From: Octopus sinensis
Taxonomy: Eukaryota
Direction of reading: 5' to 3'
Assembly (NCBI RefSeq): GCF_006345805.1
Contig: NW_021834203.1
Span: 1 to 50,511, forward strand
Length of the DNA: 50,511 nt
A program made the position numbers and the translations under genes. Under the pieces are notes generated by a model. That model searched no databases. It saw only the letters and a program-made list of their open reading frames with translations, and was not told where the DNA came from. How positions within the stretch are numbered: the first letter of the stretch is position 1; each line of letters starts with the position of its first letter. Positions 1 through 11,246 of the stretch are shown here, in pieces.

Positions 1-299
1 AAATAGGTGGCGACTGGATAAGTTTGAGTCTCCGTATTATTCTGCTGCAGAAATAATTAATATTTTATCAAATAATCGCGTCGAGGAGGTAGTTTAAATA
101 CACTCAACCCTCTCAAATTGGCCAATAAAATTGAAGAAACCAAAAATGACCAATTAGAGAATAAAATCGATAATTTTTAAAAGAAACTACTTTAATGTGT
201 CTTCAGTTAGCATATTTTTTTAAATTAAAGAAAATTAAAAAATTTTGCATCAACCAATTTTGGATCAAGTTTTTTCTTAATGATTGCATCATTATAACA

Positions 300-1175
300 G
301 TCACCGCCGGCTTCGAACAAATCGAACTATTCCTTTAACTCAGTCAATTGTTTTGACTTCACTGTTTCATCCTTCTATACTTTCTCCTTTTCTTCATTTC
401 CACTGTTTGCAAACGGTCTAGGCACGTGATGCCCACCTCCACGATAACAATCTCCTCGGTGACCTTACCGTGGACCAAAATATCGGGTTTGTTGTGCTGG
501 ACAACAATCGAGGTGGATATGGGGGTATCCACCTTATTTCTCCCCCTCGAGTTCTCACACAGATTGAACTCGATGAGTTCGCAACTTTCTGGACCGCCTT
601 AAGCCATACTTATGCAGAACAGAAGATGGAGAAACCTCACAAACTTGTTATGTCTTCATTTGTAATCATGGTAAAGCATACTTTCGCACTTCGTGGCTAA
701 ATGGTCAACGGTCATCGCCTTATTTTTACACGACTTTGACTGGGTCACCACACATAGAAGTGTTAGTCCCGACTTGTTGTAGATGAGCTCCAGACCCACG
801 GCCTTCATAAAACCTTCCAAGGCTTTGCCCATAGAGTGGAGGATCTCTGAAGACCGAGCGAACAGTTTAATGTCGTCTATCAACATGAGATTGTTGATGC
901 TAAAACATCGATGTTCGATCGATATTTGTTCGAATTGGGCAGTGAGGACTCTACTCAGCGGTTCTAGGCAGAGGACAAACAGCAGCAGAGGCATACTGTC
1001 GCTCTGTAATATGCCCCTCTCTAGCTTAACCTCGCCTATATCGCATTTGTTGTAGTGTAGATGCACGTTCCACCTGTCCATCACAGTTGCAACAAATTTG
1101 ATAAACCAAGAAGGCAACTTGAGCCTTCGCAGACACTCAGCGAGGTAGGCATGGTCAACCGAGTCATATGATAAT
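300..1175 (-). mobile_element. Internally deleted R4/Dong-like non-LTR retrotransposon remnant (RT + zinc knuckle + restriction-like endonuclease)
   Basis: RT motifs YDSVDH, RGILQSDSMPLLLF and LMLIDDIKLFA are joined directly to TVDHLATKCESMLYHDYK*RHN (knuckle), then EIRVDT..QHNKPDILV..IVEVGITCLD..KKRRKY (PD-(D/E)xK); stops and frameshifts present. Confidence 0.85.
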
Positions 1176-1599
1176 AAATATGTCCAACTACTCATTGAAT
1201 CATTTAAACGAATTAAAGTTGAGTTCATCAGAGATATTTAATCAATGTTTTTCAAACAATGTTCTCGAAACTGGAATTAATCCATTCCTTAAATCTTGAA
1301 ATCTGAGAGAACAAATTCCAATAAATTAGATAAGTTTAAATACTGTTGAATTGATTGATCTGATGGATACTAATCGGAACTTTATTAAAACAGGTGAGAC
1401 TTTGAAATTAATTCATCTAAAATTTACTTGTGGTGTACTTTTTAACAATCTTTCGCTAAGATGAGACATTTTTGGTCAAATTTTAAATAATTTTAGATTT
1501 TGTAGTTTTAGTTAGGACGACATATTCAAAAGAAATTAACTAACATAGTAATGAAGATAATTTAAGGAAAGTGTTTTAAAATAATGAAGATTAGGAGCA

Positions 1600-2550
1600 A
1601 TACATGTTAGAAGAGTGGTGATAACCCCACTAAACTTATCCCATTGACAGATATTGTGTAAGCTAAAATATTATTTATGAAAATATACTATGGGAAGATG
1701 CTCCTGTTAATTCGGCTTCTTTAATCGCATCGTAAGCTATTCCAACGGCCTCACTTTGCGTGGTGTATATTCCAGATAACTGGCAATAATTATAAAAAAT
1801 ACTGTGTGGTTATCCAATTAAATGCAATGTCTCCTCCAGGCCCGATTGTCAAAAAATAATTTGTATTTTCTACTATGATAAAAGATCTTTTTCAAACGTA
1901 TAAATTCCTCCTTGTACACAAATACAAAAATTATGATCCAAAAATATTACAAATATTTAAATATGCCGATAATTGGTCTGGAAGTATGAATGCCGGCAGG
2001 AATCCTTCGATGAAGGTTATCAAAATCACTGGGTTCACATTATAAGACAGTCTAAAAACAAATAAATTTGAAAAATACGTATAAAAACGACGAATCTGCG
2101 CTGTCATTGCACGAAATACGGCCATATTTCCAGAAAAACCAATAATTGCATTATTAGTTATATGGGAGATTTTGATCAAATTGTCATCATCTGATTTGTC
2201 AATACAACAATTCATTACAATGTTCGTCGGGAGTATTTGGAAGATAGGTAACTCTGGTATCTGAACCAAGAACAACCCCTCCCACATAAGGTATGACTAC
2301 GACTGTTGTGAAACTTGTTGGATTCTAAAACAGAATTATAAAATTTCAAGCCACCATTCGAAACATTGTTATTAACTTAGCACGCTAAAATATTCATAAA
2401 TATCACATTAATCACGGTTTAGTGTTATGACTACTTCAAAGACGCCACAGTCTGAAATTTCAGTTTTGAGATACAAAATCAAAGAAAAATTGGAGATAAT
2501 TCTCCTTCAAAAAACAAGGGATTTTCTTCTTTCCTCGAATATATTTTATC
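1600..2550 (-). CDS. Probable multi-exon gene of unknown function (core open exon 1931-2287; boundaries unresolved)
   Basis: 118-aa open frame with a hydrophobic C-terminal half, flanked by short GT..AG AT-rich segments and further open stretches (FLTIGPGGDIAFNWIT; LSGIYTTQSEAVGIAYDAIKEAELTG); I saw no differences between the two copies in the core exon; no family recognised. Confidence 0.4.
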
Positions 2551-3251
2551 AAATGGATTGTAATATAAACAATACAGATTATTTTTATTAATTACATTGC
2601 TAGGTTATACTGATGAAGAATTAATTAAAATTTATAAAAAGTTGCTGTTTCCGCCATCCAAATTCACTTCTTCAAGTCCGGAAATTCAACATATGTTTTC
2701 ACCTGGCTACAAAGAGTATTTAAAGGCAAATAACCTCCTCAACAAGAAAGTCACATTCGGTGATGGACACCCCAGAAGATGCTGTTTTTGTGGTCGACAT
2801 GTCCAAAAAGCTTCGGCGAGTACTTTTATGCTTGGAAGGAATCACTATGGGCATATTCGTTGCATACCATTTTAAATTCTTTCCAGAATCCGAACAAGCA
2901 AAAGTCGAAAACTTTTATTAATTGTTTAAGTTTATGTATTATCACAAACAGTAGGGGCGAGAGAGTACCTACATTTGTCTCAGGGCCAACAGTGAGGTCT
3001 GTTTTTGTCAGTCACACTTTTATCATGTCATCATCGTTAAAAAGGCAGGACCTTCATAGGTAGGTCTCGACGGACGGAGGCTCTCGATGTCGATATAATG
3101 ACTGGTCATCACTCGGAAATATGCCGCAGTTATAACAAGTCAAACAAAGAAAAATCTCTAATTAATAAAGTTAATCTTAGTTCAAGGTTAATGTTGGCCA
3201 TGGGTGTAACATATTACTCATTATTAGTATTAATTAAAATATATTAGATTG

Positions 3252-6200
3252 TTAATTGTCATGTTTCAACTATTTTGAACACAAATATTTGACTTACTTT
3301 ATTTCTATCGTCATCAACCATCATCTCCACGTCGATTGCCTTCAAATATGCAGAATAACTCCACTCCAGTTTATTTCCGTGAAATACTGCAGTCTTTGAC
3401 TTGGGTGCCTTTTGTTTAATTGGTTCGGGCTTAGTAATAACACTTAATTCAAACATTTGATTCAACTTTTGGTTTTTTATGAGACGTGTTTTTCCTAAAC
3501 TCGACGAATTCAGTCCAACATGCCAACAACCAACGAAATGAAGAAAACTATAAACTTAGACTGTCATAAACAAACATGGGCTTCCCGAAACAAGTACGGA
3601 TTCAAATCATTCGAAGAATCCAAAATCTTGTCAATGGTTGACTTGTTGGCCACAATTTGGATGGGAGGCGGAATTTGTGAGTTTAGAAAGCAATTTATGA
3701 TCGAACTGACTTTATGCCGTTTGAGCGAATCCTCACATTTTGATAAAAATAATTGCTAAAATGAAAAAACCACACAAACTTTATATTTTTGTATTTCTTC
3801 CCAAAAAAGCAAATTCGTTTCACAATTCGGTCCTTTGCTTTGAAGAAAGGATCGGAATTTTTTGTGAGTCTCAGAATCCTTCATCGCCGATCGAAAGTCG
3901 AGAATCTCCATCGCGCTTGGCTCACGTTTATTTTTAAACTCCTTTGAACGGTAAAACGGTCCTCGACCTCGGATTTGTTTTTTTCGTTGACCTGTGGTGG
4001 AACCAACCCATCAATTTCTTCTTTTTTCATTTTCTCTTCTGCCTTCTCCACAATAACTGGGGAAGGAGTGTCTCCAGTTTTGCTGAGAAGAAAGGCGGGA
4101 ATCCATTTTGAGTTCAGACGATTGGCTACGTGGGTCTGCATTATATTTACAATCTTTGGTGGAGGAATATCATTCAGGAGTTTCCCCCACCCACCACAAA
4201 GAGCCATTGCCTATAAATATATATTTTTGGAATACTTTGTTCTGCTCTCGCTCACTGGCGGGAGAATTCTCACCAAAAAAGTATCGATTATTCAAATACC
4301 GCCCTTTGATCTCGATTAATTTGACATCACAGGCTAACTGTAGAGAAATACAGAGAAACGAGGACCTTTTCAGTGTGGGGAATCCTTTTAAAGATCTCCA
4401 CGTCCTGCCAGCACTCAAAGTCCACCAAGGCGCCATTTTCCTTTAAAAATTCTTTAAAGTTTTCGATTTCCACCCTTCAATGAGCCAGAGAAGGTACCCT
4501 TGTGAGAAGAGTGTGGAGATTGTGACCTTTGGAGTCCTTTGGGGAGACTTTAGAGCCTCCTCGTCAAAAATAGGCTCCACATAGTCTTCCATGGGTTCAA
4601 AAGGAAAGAGTGGATCCTTCAAATAAAAAAGATTTAAAACTTTTTTTGCACATCCGCGGGCTACAAATAAATTGACAGCTTTAGATTTGGTCTCCAAGCT
4701 GAGAGTCACTGTTTTTGTCGGGACCTACAAAAGTAATTTTAATGTTCTTAAAAAACAACAAAAACGTTAAAAAATAACTTTTTTGAGACTTTCGACGTCT
4801 TTTTCGGTGAAAGAATTGAAAGGTTTGATTAATCTGTGGACTAAAATGTCCTCGATTTGCTTGAAGAGATCCTTCGAAGGACACTCCAATCTCAAAAAAA
4901 TATCTTGAACTAATTTTTGATCCAATTCCAAACAATTTTGAGCCTCCGAATGCACATAAGTCGAATATATATACTAAATAAACCACATAATTAATACATG
5001 AGCATATTTGTATGTCAATGAAACATCAAATGGACTTTGATCAAACAAAGATTTGTAATCCTGGATCAGATTCCAAGTTTTATAACAGTTTTTTAAGTAT
5101 ATATTTCCTGTATTGAGAATGTGGTCGTATATGACATAGCCTGATGTCCTTTCTGTGGTTAGACAGTGGCAAAGAAGGGCATGACTGTCCTCTGTGTTAG
5201 GTCTTGTCTTTGTAGATGGGGATATAATATAAATACTTGGAGTTGTTTTGATTCTTGGCTGAAATATACTTGGAAAGGTTTGATAAGTTCATTTTCTATT
5301 TCGATAATATTTTTATGAACATTTTCGATATAATTTTCTTTAATTTTATTGAGTTTATTTCTGAAAAATTAATTGTAATAAAATTATTTTAAAAATAACC
5401 TTTGTTGTGTTGTTTGTATAAAACTCGGAATTCTAAAACAAATATAAATAATAATAAACCCCTCAATGAGATATTCATTTTGAAGGAAGGCAGGCATCCT
5501 AGAAGTACTCTCACATTAAAATCACCAATAAATCAAAAGAGGCTCAATAACTTTATTCTGTAGTCTTAGAGTGGTCTCTTTGCTCCAATCGACAGGATTT
5601 GCAACCTCTTCGTAGTGAAGCGGATTTAGAGATTTGCAGGATGTAGGTCGAGTAAATAGATCTCTGATTGACTTTGGAAACCTGCAGTATTAGAGTATTA
5701 GCCGACTGTATTTGTTCTTGGATAAGTTTAATTTTGTCTATTTCTAACCAAAATTCCATCAATTTATCAACATTGTAAAATTCTAGAAACTTCTCGAACA
5801 TTCTAAGCGTTTCGAATGACGAAATTGTGTTTATTGGTCTGTTTAAGATTTATAACAAAAACTTGTCTTTTTTATGTATTTTGTCTTTTTTATAGAAAAT
5901 GTCGTCAATGTCTTCAAATGGGTCTTCATATTTTGTTTTTTTAACCACTTTTGTTTGCAGAGGAGACCTGGAAAGTGATCTCTTCTTTTCAGATTCTTGT
6001 TCTATTTCATTTTTTTCGATTTTTTCTTCTTTAAAATAATTTTCCGAATCATTTTCAACAACTTTTGAAATCTCTTCAAAAGATGACATATTTCCCGCCA
6101 TTTTATCATCAGTGAGAGGATCAAAACTAATAAAATCAATATTATATAGTTCTGTTGAGTCTTGATTTATTAAACTGTTATTTCTGGACAGTTCTCTGTT

Positions 6201-6827
6201 CTACAGCCAAATAAAAATTGGGGACCACCGAGGCGAGTGTTTCTCTTCTAGAAGTATTTAAATCTTCAGTCAAGGAAGTTGAGAGATCAAAAGTGACTTG
6301 ACTAAGATCAGTATTTTTGTCAATCTATGATTACGTAATATAAAATACTTGAGAAAGTAATTTCCCGATTCTATACTTCATGTAGTATTCACTTTGTAGA
6401 AAATAAGGCAGTCGATTGGCCTTTACCCACGTGAGTCCTTGGGACCCCACGAGGATCTAATTTGGAATGAGTAAGATGTACTTCTAAGTTATATTTGACA
6501 TTGATTTCTTCATGTGGGGTCACTCGGGAGAGAACTTGTGAGCGAATTTTGTTGATTAGTTCATCTTTTTGATGACTGTGGACTTGAAATGTGAAATTAT
6601 TTGAGTTGAATTTGAGAGTTTTTGAAAAGATCTTAAAATGGGGTGAAAATTCTCACTTCGGAAGACAAAAAACGATTAAAACAGTCGAGAAATAATTCGT
6701 CTGTCGATAAAAGTTTTTCCTTAAAAATAAAAAAGACTTTTTAATACAAAATTAAATTCGTTACATTCTGGTGGGTCTAAATTATTTATTTCATAATAAA
6801 ATGACTTATTTTCAAAAGAATTGACAT
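3252..6827 (-). CDS. RGS22: Regulator of G-protein signalling 22 homologue (multi-RGS-domain protein), many micro-introns
   Basis: Spliced translation gives PPECNEFNFEKLLSTDELFLDCFNRFLS, WVKANRLPYFLQSEYYMKYRIGKLLSQ, YLNNRYFFGENSPASEREQNKAMALCGGWGK..QTHVANRLNSKWIPAFL, LFWEEIQKYK..IINCFLNSQIPP..PYLFREA..WTEFVEFRKN and WSYSAYLKAI, matching human RGS22 as I recall it, in order; the GT-AG introns I modelled are mostly 24-29 nt and restore frame; central exons not all traced. Confidence 0.9.
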
Positions 6828-6857
6828 GGTTTCTTAGCAATAATTATTTTAAAAACT

Positions 6858-7574
6858 TTATTTTATAAAATATAAATAATCATTGAGAGAAATACGATTA
6901 AAAGTACAATCAAACTGCTCACCAAATGCCCAAATAAAATCCTCAAAAACATCATTCACAGACACTCTCCGCCCACATTCCAGACTGAGAGAAGTAGACT
7001 TAATTCCTTCGAGTCCACACGGAACAATTTGATCGAAGTATGCCATATCTGTGTCACAGTTCACTCCAATTCCATGCATTGTCACAAATCTACTACATTT
7101 AACACCTGTCAAGTGTGTAATAAAACAAAGACCTATTGAGGCCAGTTTTCGGCCCTCTACCCAACAGCCGATATTCTCAGTAGTGTAGGCTGAGAGACCA
7201 AATTTGGCACACAACAAAATGGAGGTCAATTCCAGCCTCTTGATATACCATTTTAAACTCTTTTTCCCCAAATGTAGAATTGGGTAGGCTGTGAGTTGGC
7301 CTGGCCCGTGGAAGGTTATCAGCCCGCCTCTATCGACCTTATAAAAGGAGGCAATTTTTTGTAAATTGGTGGGCTCGTTGATGTACTGAGAAGAGCGTAG
7401 ACCGACAGTGTAGGTAGGCTCGTGTTCTACTAGTAAGAGACAGTCTAGTCCCAGACAGTCCCCCTTTTTAGTTAATTGGTTGATTAAAGCAGAGTGGATT
7501 CTTTGTTGTAACCTCCAAACTGTTAGATAATTGGAGTAACCGAGATTTATAATATTTATTACACGAGAACTCAT
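6858..7574 (-). CDS. LIPT2: Octanoyltransferase LIPT2/LipB, with one in-frame 27-nt intron (7106-7132)
   Basis: LLLVEHEPTYTVG, VDRGGLITFHGPGQLTAYPIL, GCWVEGRKLASIG|VKCSRFVTMHGIGVNC and FDQIVPCGL; removing gtctttgttttattacacacttgacag restores the SIGV..TxHG consensus. Confidence 0.95.
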   Translation of the reverse strand: MSSRVINIINLGYSNYLTVWRLQQRIHSALINQLTKKGDCLGLDCLLLVEHEPTYTVGLRSSQYINEPTNLQKIASFYKVDRGGLITFHGPGQLTAYPILHLGKKSLKWYIKRLELTSILLCAKFGLSAYTTENIGCWVEGRKLASIGLCFITHLTGVKCSRFVTMHGIGVNCDTDMAYFDQIVPCGLEGIKSTSLSLECGRRVSVNDVFEDFIWAFGEQFDCTFNRISLNDYLYFIK

Positions 7575-7664
7575 AGAAAAACATTTTATTTTAAATTCTC
7601 AAAAATATATTAAAAATAAAAACTGAACATGCATTCTCTCACGAATTTACTATGAAATAATAAT

Positions 7665-8230
7665 AAAGGCCCAAACATTCTTTATAGGGATAAAATCTGG
7701 GCTTTGTGCAGGCCATTTTAGCAAATTGATATTATTTACTTGAAAAAAACACTTTGCTATTGCCGAAGTATGTTTCGGATCATTGTCTTGTTGGTAACTA
7801 AAATCTTTCATCACTTAAAATAATTCGCTTGCAAAATATTTTGAAAAATTATTCCATTTTGGCATAGCGTCAATCATTGAAGTTTACGGTTTTTGGTAAG
7901 AAGTGGTCTTTTCGTGGGCGGATAAGCATTCAAACAAATTTTTCGTGGTATTTCTTATTGTCTGAGAAGTTACTGATTTCCCTGCTTTTCTAGCAGATTT
8001 AAAACAGTTGGAATTGACATCCACTTTTCAAGCCTCATTAATTTAAAATATTTCTTGACGATTAAGCATTGATGGTCGACCAGACCCGACTTTTTTGTTT
8101 GTTGAGCACTTATTTAAATAGCTTTGATAATTTGCGATACGAGCAATTTTTTAATGATATCTTGTATTTTTTTCCAGATTTATACATGCCAATTATTCTG
8201 CCTTTTTTTCAGATGCTGAATGACTAGCCA
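7665..8230 (-). mobile_element. Degenerate, internally deleted Tc1-like transposase
   Basis: Broken frames give GRIIGMYKSG, KVGSGRPSML, RPRKRPLLT, ILSDE, YQQDNDPKHTS and LLKWPAQSPDFIPIKNVW. Confidence 0.85.
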
Positions 8231-8441
8231 TGTAGAGAGATTACAAATGATTGAATTTGAACGAATTTATAAAAAAAATAAAACTTTTTCTTTCGTGCAT
8301 TTAAATAAATTAAATCTGTTCAGTTTTTTTTGTTTTTAAATTGTGATTTCATGAAAAACCGCATAAATATATGTTTCTTAAAAAAACTAAAAAATTTAAA
8401 ATACTTTAATCTAATATTAAGAAAAATAAAACAAAAAAAAT

Positions 8442-9900
8442 TTAAACATCTAAACTTTTACACTCAAAAATCTCCTTTGGACGATATTCATACCCACGAT
8501 AAAAGGGGTAAATAAAATAAACAAACAAATTACATTTCCCGCCAAAATACATCATTTTCCCGCCATTTCTTTTCCCCAGCACATTAAAACCAGTAAAAAA
8601 TTGCACAAATTCCAAAACAAAAGCCCAGACAGACAGCCAAAGAAAAGTCAGACACAAATTCCCAACAATGCAATCAACCAATGACTTTTCAAAACCACTC
8701 AACCATGAAATTGCCGGAAACATCAAAGACAATGCCGCTTTGATCCCATGGTTTCCAAATCCACGAGAAAATCGATAAAAAAATGAAGTGGCAGACATGA
8801 AAGTGAAAAGGATGAAGGAAAATAGAAAGAACATGAAGAACTGAGGTTTGTTTCCCAGTCCATTGCACTTCCCAATGACAAAACTGTGATATCCTTGAGA
8901 AATGATACATTTTTTGCACAAAAAACAATGTGTGGAGTCCACAGGGACTTGTTTGCTGCAAACATAACAATATTTAGTTTTGACCCATGTGGGAACATTA
9001 AGATTAGAGTTGTTAAATAGAGATATAGAGAGACCGTTGAGAAGACATTCCACAAAGAGAAATATCAGGACTAGTGAGAGGACAGTCCCATTCCCGATGG
9101 CAGGAAGGACAGTATAAAATTGATGAAATATGCATATGAGTGTACAAAAAATAAATAAAATTCCTATTTTTTTAATTAGACATGATTAAGACCAATATTA
9201 GGGGAGTCATGGGAGAAGCAGAGAAATGACATACAAGAACTTATAAATTAAATATTTATTATTTTATTAGATTTGATATAATATGAATATATTTAAAGAA
9301 AACGAATCATATTAAATTGCATGTTCTATACATAAAATTTATAAACTAAAATTTATTTTATTAAAATTTAAATTTTCTTTATCGTGATTTACAGTTTTCT
9401 TTTTGGATCATTTTTTGTTTATCCAACTGATATTTTTATTTAAAGTTCGATTTCTGTTATATTTAATAAATTCGCGTTGAAATTTTTTGTATCCAGTGTT
9501 TTCCAATAGTTAAAATCTTATTCTTTCTCAGAAGAAATATTCACATAAAAATTATCGCAGTTATCTTATAAATATATTTCATTTGGATTAATGAGTGTAA
9601 AGAAAATAAACAAGATTCCTATTATTTTAATTCAACATGATTGGGACTAATATTAGGAGAGTCATATGAGGAGCAAAAAATGGCATACAAAAACTTATAA
9701 ATTAAATATTCATTATTGGATCCAATTAGGAAGACACATAAAAGCAGGGATTTCAAACAATCGATTTCTGGACAGTAAATCCGCCTATAAGTAAAAATAA
9801 AATAACAAACAAGAATGACTTATATTTCTTGTGTTGGTTCCTATGATTGACAACATTGAGACAAAATATAAAATATAGTTTGACGATAATCTCCCCCATG
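8442..9900 (-). CDS. DHHC-type zinc-finger membrane protein (palmitoyltransferase fold) with the DHHC motif replaced by GYHS; 5' end unresolved
   Basis: YCYVCSKQVPVDSTHCFLCKKCIISQGYHSFVIGKCNGLGNKPQFF fits the Cx2C..HCxxCxxC..(DHHC)..CxGxxN..F pattern, with hydrophobic segments on both sides; the large exon extends to a splice acceptor near 9166. Confidence 0.75.
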
Positions 9901-11246
9901 GGATGAAAGTATGTCGAACTCTTAGAATAACAAAATTTTTAAATGACGAATAAATATATAATTAGAGAACAACTATTAAAAAAAAGAGCTTCCAGTGTGA
10001 CAGGACATTTTGAGATATTCAAATTAACAAGAAATGAATAATTTTTATGGATTACATCAAGCCTCCAGAAATATTCATTGTTGATAATGTAACGTAAAAA
10101 TGACTAAATTTATCTTTTTACATAGAAAATCACAATTCTGAATTTCGAATTTGAGAAGTTTGTAAAATTGGTGTTGTTTGAAGGTCTTTCAAATTCGATT
10201 AATAAAGAATCATTACTATTACTACCGTAATCAATAGAAAAGTCTTATTTTACTATTTAGCAAAATGTTTTTCTTAAGCAGTTTATTCTGTTTGAGATAA
10301 AACCATAGTCAAAATATGCAGCTTGCGATTACGTACTACAACACCGAAATTCAACTGCGAATTTTTTAGCGACGTTAATATACAGTGTGTATTATACACT
10401 ATTGTATCTAGATTTTTCCCATTCCAAAAAATCAGTTAAATCAATCTTATAAATCAGTGTATGTTATATAAAAGTCATTTCCTGTGTGATGACATGAGAT
10501 AAACTGATCAGTAAATAACACAAGGGGTATAGTTAGGTGTAGATAAGTCTCTACATGCTTATATCCAATCAACTGTTCTTAAAAGAACTTTGAAAATTAT
10601 CTTATTTAATAATTGCGGATCTAGTCCTTTCCTGACATTTAGTCAGCAAAAAACACCTTCTCGAAAGTCTACAGAATCAGAGAAGAAGAGCGAGAAAGAA
10701 AGGAGGTGTATGGAGTGGCGCCCTCTGCTTTCTCCAAGACTTTAACTTTGATAAATATACAGTTAGTATCGGAATATTATCTATCCTGTTTATATTATAG
10801 CTACATTATAGTGACGTATGCTCCACAAATGTTAGTTGATATCCCATGAATTTTTTTAATGTTAAAAGTTTCCTGTCCTTTCTTTTCGAGCATTTAGTAT
10901 TCTCCAACAAACCAGCCGTGCAAATGTTAGAAATTGCAGTAAATCTAGATCTAAATACAGGGGGATTTTCTTTCTGTGAGAAACGTAATTATATAATTTA
11001 GCCTAGATGGATCTGCAAAATTCCAGAAGACGAAGAAAATTTCATCTATATATTCATTCAATAAATAAAAATCTTACAAAATTGGGAAATATATTTAAAT
11101 TAGTTAAATCATTATTTTTAATACAAATCTCACTTTAAAAATTGATCGCAAAACAATTCTAGCATCTAATTTTGTTTTATTTAATTTATTATTAAATTAA
11201 AAAATGATTTTTTGTTTTCTAGTTGTTGTATGGCTGTATAATAAAC

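Larger units (their letters stand above)
1..11220. repeat. Segmental/tandem duplication, copy 1 (left end cut by window)
   Basis: Sequence and ORF track recur at 39351-50511; offset drifts from 39350 to 39291 through small indels and one 61-bp deletion. Confidence 0.98.

Noticed and set aside
3520-4446. + strand ORFs 3520-3759, 3740-3937, 3975-4319 and 4108-4446 (and their copies at 42.9-43.8 kb)
   Set aside because: Antisense shadows of RGS22 exons
4170-4709. RPP40-like similarity suggested by APWWTLS
   Set aside because: Adjacent exons match RGS22 much better and in order
6858-7574. Bacterial lipB (contaminant or horizontal transfer)
   Set aside because: Contains a GT-AG micro-intron like its neighbours and sits within a eukaryotic gene cluster
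10100-11100. Ankyrin-repeat exons extending the DHHC gene (ZDHHC13/17-like)
   Set aside because: Only a weak GRHSIHL word near 10.7 kb; no continuous spliced frame established
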